A stretch of 64,000 nucleotides of DNA from a virus: IMG/VR virus record IMGVR_UViG_3300027782_000035; one strand, 5' to 3'. Shown here in pieces: positions 17,826-27,384 of the stretch. The notes under the pieces were generated by a model that worked only from the letters and a program-made list of their open reading frames with translations, did not search any database and was not told the origin of the DNA. Position numbers and translations under genes: made by a program. Position 1 is the first letter of the stretch, and every line of letters starts with the position of its first letter.

Positions 17826-19010
17826 TTAGAAGAAACTTTCTAGACTTGGTATATCTACCTTATCTCGGACTTCATAAGTTTTTTGGCCATTAAACTGATA
17901 GACAAGATTAGCATTAAGTCTATCTCGCTTACCTTCAAGTGCAGCCTTTACTTCATTGGCCATGTCTGTAGCAGTTCCTACTGGTACGTTTTGACATACG
18001 TGGTTTAGATTTCTTGAAGGATTTAGCATTTCAAAGTCTTCAGGTAGGCCCATGATACTCATAGCCTCACGATAAGTCAGGTATCTATCTTCGGTAGGAT
18101 GAGTCAATAGATTCGGATAGTGCCCAACAAAAGCTCCAATATGACCTTTTGGCACAGTCGTAAGTCTTCGCATGATATTACCCTCACCTTGTAACTTGGC
18201 AAAGATTCTATCACATCTTTCCGCTGCTCGATCAAGACTTTGCGACCTCATCCAATCACCTACTTCATCGTACTTCTTACCTTTACGCTCGAGCCAATCC
18301 ATAGCATTATCGGTTTTCTCAATAATATTGTAAAAGTCTTTATGAGTGATACCGCCTTCTAGTTCTTCCAAAACATAACGATACATAGGATCCCACTTGC
18401 TTGGAATCTTCTCGTTAGTAACTACTTGCTGAGAAGCATTCTTAGACACACCATAGAACACGCTCTCGATTGTATTAAGAGGTTTATCAAAGTAGTTAAA
18501 CAGAGGAACAGTCTTACCTTTCCAAAAGAAATAGAAAGATCGTTCACGAATCTGAGGAACACCGTGCAACAATGACTTAGTCCTGTAGATAGACATTGTA
18601 TAACCATTGCGAGTAGCAATGTCATGTAGTTTATCTACAATAGGTTTACCAAGTTTACCTGCGAATCCTGGTGCATTCTCTCCCCATAATACCATAGGCT
18701 TAATTTGTTCAAGCACATATGTAGTTGTAGTATACATCCATTCATTGGCTGCAGCATCAGAACTAGCATATCCGCTAAGTGAAGATAATCCTGCGCAAGG
18801 ACATGTAGTTCCAACAACATCTACGTAGTGAGGATGTTTTCCACCTTCATCAAGTAGGATATATGGTACATCATTGTAGTGATTAACTAAATGAGAATCA
18901 TTTGATGTAAACGGAGTATATGAAAGTAGATAATCAGGTCTACTTCCAAATGCTGCGGTTTGACCAAGAGCTTGACCGCCAATCAAAGGGACGATAAAAG
19001 CGTGCTTCAT
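17826..19010 (-). CDS. atypical DNA cytosine-C5 methyltransferase homologue
   Basis: PC (TCPCAGLS), ENA, PQIRER, RYLTYRE motifs present; motif I degenerate (VPLIGG). Confidence 0.8.
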   Translation of the reverse strand: MKHAFIVPLIGGQALGQTAAFGSRPDYLLSYTPFTSNDSHLVNHYNDVPYILLDEGGKHPHYVDVVGTTCPCAGLSSLSGYASSDAAANEWMYTTTTYVLEQIKPMVLWGENAPGFAGKLGKPIVDKLHDIATRNGYTMSIYRTKSLLHGVPQIRERSFYFFWKGKTVPLFNYFDKPLNTIESVFYGVSKNASQQVVTNEKIPSKWDPMYRYVLEELEGGITHKDFYNIIEKTDNAMDWLERKGKKYDEVGDWMRSQSLDRAAERCDRIFAKLQGEGNIMRRLTTVPKGHIGAFVGHYPNLLTHPTEDRYLTYREAMSIMGLPEDFEMLNPSRNLNHVCQNVPVGTATDMANEVKAALEGKRDRLNANLVYQFNGQKTYEVRDKVDIPSLESFF

Positions 19011-20212
19011 AGGTTATCCTTTATCTTCTGCATCATTTCAGCAAAAGTATTCTCAGAGTCTTGATGTTGTTTATAGAATTCAAAAGCCATGTTGCGGTAT
19101 TCATCTCGCATAACACTATCCTTAGACAATTTAGCTATGAGATCATATGCTGGTTGCATATCATTATCATCAAGCCATACAGTGCCATTATCTTTGCAGT
19201 CGATTAGCTTGTCTCCATATTTACGATGAGTACAACGTTCACCATATGACTTACGGAACACTGGTACTACGCCAGTACATGCTACTTCACAATGAGTATA
19301 CTCAATAGAGCGTTGAATGTATCGTTCATCTAATACAGATAATTGATAACCAAATCCAACTCGTGACATACGTTCAAGCATTTCATCATTGATGAAGGGG
19401 CCAAACACATATGCTGGTTGATTATTTTCAAGATTAGTTGAGGCAATGTTCTTATCAATCATACCGTGGAACTCTGATAATTCGCGAAAGGCAAGATATG
19501 CTGGAGACTTTTCAATTCCTTCGAACGTAGTGATGCATCCATTGGGACGCAGAAATTCATTATGGAACTTAAACATCTGAACATACCCTTTCCAAGAAGT
19601 AGTACGGCCAATCCATTTATGCATAATTGGATCAGTGTAATAAATGTCTTTCCAATACTTATCTCTTACTGAATCGAAGTCCATTCCTGGTTGAAAGTTT
19701 AAAATAGTCTTAGAGTTATCCTCTTCAAAGAATGCTGTAAGACCACCACCTTCAGTTACCTTAGATACGTACTTAGCGAAATCGTTGCTAGTGCTATGGC
19801 CAAAAAGAATGCTAGCTTTTCCAATAGCGTCATCGATTGCAGCATTACGCTTGATTGAAAGAGATGAGTGATCGTGTTGAATGAGAACGATTGGTTTGAC
19901 AATTTCATTCAATGCTCGCTTAAATTGATTAATGCATTCCTCAGTGTGACCGACCGAGGGAAGACTATTAATAATAACTACATCGGCTTTGTTACAGCCT
20001 TCAATCATCTTATTAGTTTCTTCAGGTTTTGCAAACTTTAATTGTACAACATTAGAAACATCATGAGCATTCTTGCGAGTCCATGATTTATCCTTAGATG
20101 AAAAGACTACAAAGTCATAACCATTCTTGGTCATCCATTTAGTCTGTTCAACTGTAAACTTGGTAACACCACATCCTTCAATGCCCCGTCCCATAATGAT
20201 TGCTATTTTCAT
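19007..20212 (-). CDS. agt: DNA alpha-glucosyltransferase
   Basis: RGIEGCGVTKF, QHDHS, NFQP, WIGRTT.WKG, EYTH match T4 a-gt along its length. Confidence 0.93.
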   Translation of the reverse strand: MKIAIIMGRGIEGCGVTKFTVEQTKWMTKNGYDFVVFSSKDKSWTRKNAHDVSNVVQLKFAKPEETNKMIEGCNKADVVIINSLPSVGHTEECINQFKRALNEIVKPIVLIQHDHSSLSIKRNAAIDDAIGKASILFGHSTSNDFAKYVSKVTEGGGLTAFFEEDNSKTILNFQPGMDFDSVRDKYWKDIYYTDPIMHKWIGRTTSWKGYVQMFKFHNEFLRPNGCITTFEGIEKSPAYLAFRELSEFHGMIDKNIASTNLENNQPAYVFGPFINDEMLERMSRVGFGYQLSVLDERYIQRSIEYTHCEVACTGVVPVFRKSYGERCTHRKYGDKLIDCKDNGTVWLDDNDMQPAYDLIAKLSKDSVMRDEYRNMAFEFYKQHQDSENTFAEMMQKIKDNL

Positions 20213-20757
20213 TCTTCTTCGCTCCATTCTCCAGTTTTGTTTCTTTCATGAGCTGCATCTTTGCCATAGACTTCATCAGCATGAGTATCACATAGAGTTG
20301 TATGCCAACGCTGATAATAAGTACGTCCAGGAGAACCGCACTTTTCACACGTGCGATAACTCATACTTTCAGCAAAGGAAATGTAATTATAATGCTCGGG
20401 AGTTGCTGATTGAACATAGAATCGAAGACCACCAAACTTTTCTTTAATCTGAGAAGCAATTGGAACTAGTTCTTTTTCTTCTTCCATTTTTTGCTTTGCT
20501 TCGTCAAGATCTTCTTGCGTTATTGTTCTTGTTCCATAAAGAATACCGCCAACACCCACTTCTGCACGATAGTCATATCGTTCTTTGGCTTGATTATATT
20601 TGTTAGTCAACAAACCACAGAGAGTATCAATGATAGTAAACCACCCATCACCGCAATCAAATCCCCAGCACATAGCTGTTTGAGTCATTGGCGCATTTCG
20701 ATCTTTAAAGATCAGAGGGTACTTTGCACACAATAGTTCATCAAGTTCTTGTTTCAT
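20209..20757 (-). CDS. hypothetical protein with zinc-binding C-terminus
   Basis: QIKEKFGGLRFY and CEKCG...TLCDTH. Confidence 0.65.
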   Translation of the reverse strand: MKQELDELLCAKYPLIFKDRNAPMTQTAMCWGFDCGDGWFTIIDTLCGLLTNKYNQAKERYDYRAEVGVGGILYGTRTITQEDLDEAKQKMEEEKELVPIASQIKEKFGGLRFYVQSATPEHYNYISFAESMSYRTCEKCGSPGRTYYQRWHTTLCDTHADEVYGKDAAHERNKTGEWSEEE

Positions 20758-20775
20758 TTCAAAATAATCCTTAAA

Positions 20776-21228
20776 TTAAGATTGGATCCATTCACAATAT
20801 ATTCCAGCTTCTTTAAACATATCCCGCGTTAACTCAAATGCTTCTGTCCAAATTGCTGGTACCGCATCATCTGTATATATGAAAACTTTTTTAATACCAA
20901 CTTGGATGATACCCTTAGCGCATTCAGAGCATACTGGAAGACCGTATACGTACAACGATGCACCATCTAGCGATACGCCATTAAATGTAGCATTATAGAT
21001 GACGTTCATTTCTGCATGAACTACTAACTTATATTTTGTAGGACGATCGCTATAACGATCAGCACTATCAAGAATTCCTCGAGGGAAACCATTAAAGCCT
21101 TGTGATAAAATTTGACCTTTAGATCCTACTGCAACTGCACCAATCTTTCTACTTGGATCTTTACTCCAAGTAGAAACTTGCTTTGCTAAATCAAGATACC
21201 GCTGTTGCCATACCATAACGTTTGTCAT
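20776..21228 (-). CDS. cd: dCMP deaminase
   Basis: SKDP, GFNG, HAEMN, CSECAK. Confidence 0.92.
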   Translation of the reverse strand: MTNVMVWQQRYLDLAKQVSTWSKDPSRKIGAVAVGSKGQILSQGFNGFPRGILDSADRYSDRPTKYKLVVHAEMNVIYNATFNGVSLDGASLYVYGLPVCSECAKGIIQVGIKKVFIYTDDAVPAIWTEAFELTRDMFKEAGIYCEWIQS

Positions 21229-21934
21229 ATTCTTCTTTAGTAATAGTTAGTTCGCGTGTATTTAGATAATGATCTAAAAGATAGAATTGACGTTCATAAA
21301 TGTGAAGTGATCCTGCATTCCAATAGATCTCACCACGGTCATAGCTTTTTCCACGATAGCAAAGTTCCTGTACTACTTCTTCTAGTATATACTGTTGCCA
21401 AGCATAATCATTACGATAACCAGCCCAAGCATCATTGCTACGCATACTTACAACAGCATGAACTCGATTGTTTCGAATCATATATTGTACTGTATTAGTA
21501 CACATAAAATCTGAACGACCATTCTCGTTATGATCACCCCACATAGTAGGACGAGTGTAAATCATAGTTGCACGGCGTGAATCTGGACGATCTTCAAGTT
21601 CAGTTATAACATGAGCAAACTGATTATTGTTTTCATCAGAGTATACACACCAACCATAATTAGAATTGATGTAACCATCTTTATCGGCAACTTGTTTCCA
21701 GATCGCTGGAGGTCCACCGGGAATATCATTAACATTCAATGATTGAGACTTATACCAATCAAGTTCACGCTTAACATAATCTTCGTTAACAGCACCAAAG
21801 ATTAGAGGTGAGTTAGCCCAGAAGGACGCACCCATAATTTCAACAGTCTTTACACCTGACTTATCGGTTACAAACTTTTGTGCGCGATATAGGCGTGCAA
21901 ACTCTTGGCGGATTTCATGTACAGTATTCATCAT
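21191..21934 (-). CDS. gp42: dCMP hydroxymethylase
   Basis: DKSGVKT.EI, NSNYG, DFMCTN, MRSND, RNDYAW (Asp specifying dCMP), GSLH.Y as in T4 gp42. Confidence 0.95.
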   Translation of the reverse strand: MMNTVHEIRQEFARLYRAQKFVTDKSGVKTVEIMGASFWANSPLIFGAVNEDYVKRELDWYKSQSLNVNDIPGGPPAIWKQVADKDGYINSNYGWCVYSDENNNQFAHVITELEDRPDSRRATMIYTRPTMWGDHNENGRSDFMCTNTVQYMIRNNRVHAVVSMRSNDAWAGYRNDYAWQQYILEEVVQELCYRGKSYDRGEIYWNAGSLHIYERQFYLLDHYLNTRELTITKEEYDKRYGMATAVS

Positions 21935-22326
21935 TGCTTAAACTTTGAAGGAGTTAAATCAGTTGTTGGATGAGTTTCTTTGCTTATACGACGATTAAAG
22001 ATATCTTTGTTAGGTTCTTGACCATCAATATCGCCACGCATATATGCAACAAGGAATGAGGCATAATTAATCATGTCAATTGCAGAATCTTCAACCGATT
22101 CAAAGTTGACGTTACCACCTGCTTCCATAGTTTCCAATACAGAATACATACGAAGCATCTTACCATTAATGGTATCCAGAATAGTATATACGCCACGTGG
22201 ATAGTGATCGGCTTGGCGTACTCGGCTCAAAGGATTCTGATAATCCTGACCTTTACGTTCTTGAAGTGCAGCAGCTTCCAATAGAATGTTTGCTGATTCA
22301 CGAGTAAATTGTTTACCTTCTTTCAT
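21931..22326 (-). CDS. nucleotide-modification-associated all-alpha (MazG-like) protein
   Basis: KGQDY...K..R...ESVEDS.ID..NY pattern. Confidence 0.65.
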   Translation of the reverse strand: MKEGKQFTRESANILLEAAALQERKGQDYQNPLSRVRQADHYPRGVYTILDTINGKMLRMYSVLETMEAGGNVNFESVEDSAIDMINYASFLVAYMRGDIDGQEPNKDIFNRRISKETHPTTDLTPSKFKQ

Positions 22327-22328
22327 TT

Positions 22329-22937
22329 TCAGTCCTTAATTAATTTAATACAAACGCCGTCAAACACGGCTTTTTGCCAATCAAAAATATAACTATCGTA
22401 TTGACTATTAGGTGCTTTCTTAATGTACTTAGAATCATGTGCAATCACTGATTTCATGTCCATTAAGAATGCTGGTTGATACTCATAGACAAGATGAGCC
22501 TTTTCACGATAACCACCTAACATAAGATGTTCGTTGAAAGGAGCACTACGTAATAGAGACAATAGTTGTTGGTAACTAATATACCATTGTAAACCAGAAT
22601 ACTTTAGATTGAAAGTTTTTTGTTGTCCAAAACAACTTTCGCCCACAAGATATTTGTAATCACGCATACGATCAATAAAGTTTAACTCCATTGCATCATC
22701 AACAATTTCGCTTACTTCACCAAAGTAAGGCAGTGTCAATAGAACTTTTTCAAATCCTAGACCCATTGCCGTATGCATTTTTACGGTATCATAGTCACGT
22801 TTACCACGGCGCTTCTTTTCTTGCTTCCAATTATTTTCTGTCATTTTCGACAAATCGTCTTTGTACTCTGCATTGAAGTCTACAGTAACTCGTAAGTTAC
22901 TTAACTCTTCCATGATTTCAGGAGAATAAACTTTCAC
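22329..22937 (-). CDS. hypothetical protein in modification operon
   Basis: 202 aa ORF coupled to neighbours. Confidence 0.6.
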   Translation of the reverse strand: MKVYSPEIMEELSNLRVTVDFNAEYKDDLSKMTENNWKQEKKRRGKRDYDTVKMHTAMGLGFEKVLLTLPYFGEVSEIVDDAMELNFIDRMRDYKYLVGESCFGQQKTFNLKYSGLQWYISYQQLLSLLRSAPFNEHLMLGGYREKAHLVYEYQPAFLMDMKSVIAHDSKYIKKAPNSQYDSYIFDWQKAVFDGVCIKLIKD

Positions 22938-23152
22938 AGCATGAACTTTCTCAACACTTGGTTAGCTTGAGTAATGTCTTCTATGACATCACTAAACTCA
23001 AGTTCTTTAAGAGCTAATTCTGTTTTACGTTTTGCAAAAAGTTCTAATGCATAGTCAACATCGTCTTCGTCGGCCTGGTCAAACCAATCTTCAAAAACTT
23101 CGGGACTTACGGTTAAAAGAAAATTAAGATTATTGCGGTCTTCATCATTCAT
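22934..23152 (-). CDS. small acidic hypothetical protein
   Basis: Start MNDEDRNN after GGAG, downstream of promoter. Confidence 0.6.
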   Translation of the reverse strand: MNDEDRNNLNFLLTVSPEVFEDWFDQADEDDVDYALELFAKRKTELALKELEFSDVIEDITQANQVLRKFML

Positions 23153-23177
23153 AACAAATCTCCAATGTTGTAGTATT

Positions 23178-23206
23178 ATTATATCAAATAGACGAATATT
23201 TGTACA
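23178..23206 (-). promoter_or_regulatory. early promoter TGTACA-AATATTCG..-TATAAT heading the modification operon
   Basis: Exact motif, 17-nt spacer. Confidence 0.8.
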
Positions 23207-23228
23207 GGGTTTTACGAATATTCTTGCC

Positions 23229-24197
23229 TTATAGAGCATTCTTATAGGCAAATTCTATGGCTCGAGAAGCCTCTACGTTAAGTGGTCTCTTGGCGTATCT
23301 ATTTGCGGTATCACGATCGAGCTGTCTCACAAGATCTACAATCTCATACTCAGTGATAGGATACTTATTCTTAATAGCATTACATGCAATTGATGTCATA
23401 ATCTTATAAATCATTGAGTAACGACCAGAACCATCTACTCCTGATATTTGCTTATACTCACTTACAAGTTTACGATTCACGAATGGACAATCGCCATATG
23501 ACTTCCATTCATAAGTTCTCTTATTACTCTGAAGCTGTTGCTGACGATGAGCTATGACTTCCTTTTGAATCTCAACAGGAAGCCTGTCAATAAAACTATT
23601 AGAAGAAGAGTTGTCATTGTATTCATGCTTTCTTAGAAGATCATCAACGTTAAGATACCCATTTGCGCGATGAGTAAAAATAAAATTGTAAGCATTAGGG
23701 TATTGCGCTGGGACGTAATACATCCTAGACAAATCTTTAGTCTGTCTATCTCCCACCATGCCAAATTCTGTGTTGAGTGCAAACCAAAAGTGTCGAATTT
23801 CTTCTCCCCTAACAGCTCTTGTAAGTGGGAACACCAAGCGGAACTTCGGCGCACTACGACTACTACTAGCAGTTGAATAGCAAATAAAATAGATATTAGG
23901 GTAAAGCCTAGCCAATTCATCTTCAAGATCTCCATCATATGTTGTACTGTCTACATCTAGTGCGGCCCAATTTGCCCACTCGATTACGTTAACGTTTGCT
24001 CTAGTTGTATTAGATTTATAAATCGCTGGAGAAATTAGAGGCGATGCTTTGTTAGTAAACTCACCGCGCTTAGCTTTATATCCAGGAAGAGTAGACAGAT
24101 GATACAACGACTTCTCTAATTTCTCGAAAGAATCGAAGTCAACTCGTGTATCTGTCTTGTTATCAAAGATAGACTTAAAGACGGTGAGGCTATACAT
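23229..24197 (-). CDS. AEP-superfamily primase/primase-polymerase
   Basis: ALDVD (DxD), YSTASS..PKFRLVFPL, D..SRMYYVP; near gp41. Confidence 0.7.
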   Translation of the reverse strand: MYSLTVFKSIFDNKTDTRVDFDSFEKLEKSLYHLSTLPGYKAKRGEFTNKASPLISPAIYKSNTTRANVNVIEWANWAALDVDSTTYDGDLEDELARLYPNIYFICYSTASSSRSAPKFRLVFPLTRAVRGEEIRHFWFALNTEFGMVGDRQTKDLSRMYYVPAQYPNAYNFIFTHRANGYLNVDDLLRKHEYNDNSSSNSFIDRLPVEIQKEVIAHRQQQLQSNKRTYEWKSYGDCPFVNRKLVSEYKQISGVDGSGRYSMIYKIMTSIACNAIKNKYPITEYEIVDLVRQLDRDTANRYAKRPLNVEASRAIEFAYKNAL

Positions 24198-24595
24198 TAA
24201 AATACCTTTGCCAATAATCCTACGTTATCTGCATGAGTTGGTGCAATCCAACCTTCCGGTTTAATTAGATCTGGAAGACCTAGTGGATTAGGACGAGAAG
24301 GTTTAATGCCAATTTCCTTTGCCATGTTTGCGTCTAATACACGATTCCATGCTTTAAGAGAATCAACTTGATATGCATCAAGAGTTCCAATGGCAACCAC
24401 GCAAAGATCGATCAATGCATCAACTACGTCATCTGCATTAGTTGCACCTTTCATTTCATCAAGTTCTTCTTGTAAGAACTTAATTCGAAATTCCAAAAAC
24501 TTTTCAAGTTTTTCTTTATCAAAAGTTTCAATCACATCACGTACACCATATTTACCGTGCATACGTTCCATATCCCAAACCCAATTCATACTCAT
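24197..24595 (-). CDS. MazG-like dNTP pyrophosphohydrolase (probable dCTPase/dUTPase)
   Basis: EELDE...DALID...ANMAK...KPEGW. Confidence 0.8.
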   Translation of the reverse strand: MSMNWVWDMERMHGKYGVRDVIETFDKEKLEKFLEFRIKFLQEELDEMKGATNADDVVDALIDLCVVAIGTLDAYQVDSLKAWNRVLDANMAKEIGIKPSRPNPLGLPDLIKPEGWIAPTHADNVGLLAKVF

Positions 24596-24632
24596 AACAT
24601 ATCTCCAAAATTAAATTATAACACACTTATGA

Positions 24633-26027
24633 TTAAAAGTTAAATCCATCTCCAGCTTGTTTCATCTTTTGCCCAAAGGAAGTCTTATCAAAAGATGATC
24701 CATTATTTTGTCCAGAATCTGCAATGTTCTTTTGTGCAGTATCTTCAACATCATAGAGTTTCATCCTAGAACGGTCAACGCCAATGACGAAACGCTTATA
24801 ATAAGAAGGATCATTGTAGCGATTCTTAAGCTGTTTAACCATGATCTGGTTAAGATTTTCAAGCTCTTCAGTTGAAATAAGGGCGAACATAAAATCCACA
24901 GTAGCAGGCAAGCCAAAAGACTCGGAGGTATCAGTAAGGTCCACGTCGGTATTATCATATCCACCTCGAGTTGTTTGTGTTGCTGAAAGAACCGGAACAT
25001 TATACTCTACGCCAAGACCACGAAGTTCTTCAGCGATAGACTTAACATATGTATAGGAATTAACACCTGAGCCATGTTTGATTCGAGATGATGCACAGAT
25101 GTTTAGATAATCGATAACAATAAGATCTGGCTTGAAGTTACGCTTCATCTTAAGTTCTTCAAGCAAAGCTTTAAAGTGTCCTGCATGAGCTGATGCAGTT
25201 GGATATTCTTTAACGATTAGTTTACCAGCAGTCTTCTTGATTAACTTACTAACTCGAGATTCATAAGCATCCTTATCAACTTTGCCAAGTTCATCCATCG
25301 TCATGTTAAGAAGGTTTGCATCAATACGTTCCGCAATTCTTTCCTCAGCCATTTCCAATGTGATATACAAAACATTTTTACCTTGCATCAAAGATGATGC
25401 TGCGTAATGACACATGAATAATGACTTACCAACACCAGTTCCTGCAAGAATTACATTAAGAGTTTTCCTAGATAAACCACCCTTTGTAATCTTATTAAGT
25501 AAGTCTAGATCGAATTCTAGCTTTTCCTCTTGGCGATGATAGAAGTCATAGCGTTCTGCGAAGTCTTCGAGATAATCATGGCCAATAGCATTATCAAAGG
25601 ATACTGCAAGGGCGTCTGAAAGCAATGAGGGGATTGCGTCTTGAGTTCTGTTTTTATCTTTTCCGTCAATGATCTCAATAGAACTAATGATAGCATTGTA
25701 AACAGCACGATCTTTGCAAAACTTTTCAGTGTGCTTATAAAGCCAATCATTGTTGTCTGTTTTATATGTGAGTTCATTGATATAAGACTCTATTTGATTC
25801 AGTTGCTCATGACGAAGATCCTTACGATTTCCAAGTTGAATTGCAAGGATCTCAAGCGATGCTGGTTTGTTATACTCAGTAAAGAACGTTATAAGTTCTT
25901 GAGCTATCACATTTTCAAAGTGATCAGAAAAATATTCTGTTTTTAGAAATGGTACAGTCTTTCGACAAAATTCCTCATTGTGAATTAGATTCGAAAGGAT
26001 GGTCTGTTCTATTCTCTTTGTCATCAA
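24633..26027 (-). CDS. gp41: replicative DNA helicase
   Basis: AGTGVGKS, LEMAEE, DYLN, SESFGLPAT, KQLKNRY. Confidence 0.97.
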   Translation of the reverse strand: MMTKRIEQTILSNLIHNEEFCRKTVPFLKTEYFSDHFENVIAQELITFFTEYNKPASLEILAIQLGNRKDLRHEQLNQIESYINELTYKTDNNDWLYKHTEKFCKDRAVYNAIISSIEIIDGKDKNRTQDAIPSLLSDALAVSFDNAIGHDYLEDFAERYDFYHRQEEKLEFDLDLLNKITKGGLSRKTLNVILAGTGVGKSLFMCHYAASSLMQGKNVLYITLEMAEERIAERIDANLLNMTMDELGKVDKDAYESRVSKLIKKTAGKLIVKEYPTASAHAGHFKALLEELKMKRNFKPDLIVIDYLNICASSRIKHGSGVNSYTYVKSIAEELRGLGVEYNVPVLSATQTTRGGYDNTDVDLTDTSESFGLPATVDFMFALISTEELENLNQIMVKQLKNRYNDPSYYKRFVIGVDRSRMKLYDVEDTAQKNIADSGQNNGSSFDKTSFGQKMKQAGDGFNF

Positions 26028-26322
26028 TAAATCCTAGTTTATCACGTTCAAGTCCATAATGTAGTAATTCTACCACAAAGTCACCGAGTTCTTTTTCAAA
26101 AGCTTCTTTATTATATCCATAACATTCTTTTGGAACATCGTGAACATAATACTCGAATCCAACTACAAGTTTATCATGCTCGGTGTCTTCTTTAAAGCTA
26201 ACATTAGTGTATGTAAAAACGATGTTAGCAAACTCGCCAGTTTCAAAACACAAAGCGTGCTGGTCACCATCGTGTCCAGGTCTTCCAAGAACTTTATGCG
26301 GCCGCAGCGGTGTCGTCTTCAT
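25975..26322 (-). CDS. hypothetical protein at the gp40 position
   Basis: Between uvsX and gp41. Confidence 0.55.
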   Translation of the reverse strand: MKTTPLRPHKVLGRPGHDGDQHALCFETGEFANIVFTYTNVSFKEDTEHDKLVVGFEYYVHDVPKECYGYNKEAFEKELGDFVVELLHYGLERDKLGFIDDKENRTDHPFESNSQ

Positions 26323-27376
26323 ATGATTGCATTTCCTCTATGATCTCTTCATCATGAATAATATCGCCGTGAGCGATTGCATACTTATTTTGTACGTATT
26401 CGTTGAATGACTTTGACGTTACAATAGACATCCAAAAGTCTTTAGTATCAGTATCTTTAACACGATACTTCTTATCTGAGATCTCGCCAGTTTCTTTATC
26501 TACTTTCGAATACCAACCATTGCTAGGCTTGATAACATGTCCGGATTCGAGAGCAATATCAAGTAAGCCAGACCATTTGCTAATACCACCATCAAAAGAG
26601 ACAGTAACAGGGATTTTAGATTTCTCTTTAACATATCTAGATTTTTCCACATTGATGATAAAATTATATCCAACAATCTCAGTTCCTTCTTTTTCTTGTT
26701 GTCGACCGATAATGAAAATATTATCAGCAGAATAGTACGAGCCGGTGCCACCACCAATAATTGCTTTAGGGAACATACCAATTTCCATGTATGTGTGATT
26801 CACTACAATCATTGGTATGTCTTTTAAATTCAAGTGAGGTGTAACCATACGGAACAAACTCTTTACTTGTTTTGCTCTGGACATATCAGCAACTGATTTG
26901 CCATCAAGTGCATCATCAACTTCTTTCTTGGATGCAAGATTGCCAATGGAATCAATCACAATAATTAAATGTTCACCACGCTCAAGAGCAGTCAGTTGTT
27001 GCATTATGTCGAACTTGAGTTGTTCAATATCTGTAAGAGGAGTATGGAGCACCCTGTCTGTGTCAATACCAAAGCTATCGAAATAAGACTGCGGAGTACC
27101 AAACTCCGAATCGTAAAAGAGAAGTGCTGCATCTGGATACTTATCTAAATATGATCTTGCCATAAGCAAGCTGAACGCTGTTTTGAAATGTTTAGAAGGA
27201 CCTGCCCACATTGTAAGGCCTGGAGTAAGTCCACCATCTAGTCTTCCACTTAACGCAATGTTTATCGCTGGGATAGAAGTAGAAATCATGTCCTTCTTAG
27301 TGAAGAACTTAGACTGCGAAAGAATTGCTGATTCTTTAATCGTACTATTCTTTTTAATTTTATCTAATATGCTCAT
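26294..27376 (-). CDS. uvsX: RecA-like recombinase
   Basis: AGPSKHFKT, YDSEFG, DSIGNLAS, ADMSRAK. Confidence 0.97.
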   Translation of the reverse strand: MSILDKIKKNSTIKESAILSQSKFFTKKDMISTSIPAINIALSGRLDGGLTPGLTMWAGPSKHFKTAFSLLMARSYLDKYPDAALLFYDSEFGTPQSYFDSFGIDTDRVLHTPLTDIEQLKFDIMQQLTALERGEHLIIVIDSIGNLASKKEVDDALDGKSVADMSRAKQVKSLFRMVTPHLNLKDIPMIVVNHTYMEIGMFPKAIIGGGTGSYYSADNIFIIGRQQEKEGTEIVGYNFIINVEKSRYVKEKSKIPVTVSFDGGISKWSGLLDIALESGHVIKPSNGWYSKVDKETGEISDKKYRVKDTDTKDFWMSIVTSKSFNEYVQNKYAIAHGDIIHDEEIIEEMQSYEDDTAAAA

Positions 27377-27384
27377 TATTTCTC

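Noticed and set aside
21191-21934. Thymidylate synthase or dUMP hydroxymethylase call
   Set aside because: It has the Asp of RNDYAW typical of dCMP-specific gp42, and ThyX is encoded separately.
24615-24643. Promoter TTAACT-N17-TATAAT before the MazG-like gene
   Set aside because: Good -10 but the -35 departs from the family consensus and overlaps the gp41 stop; plausible but not supported enough to list.
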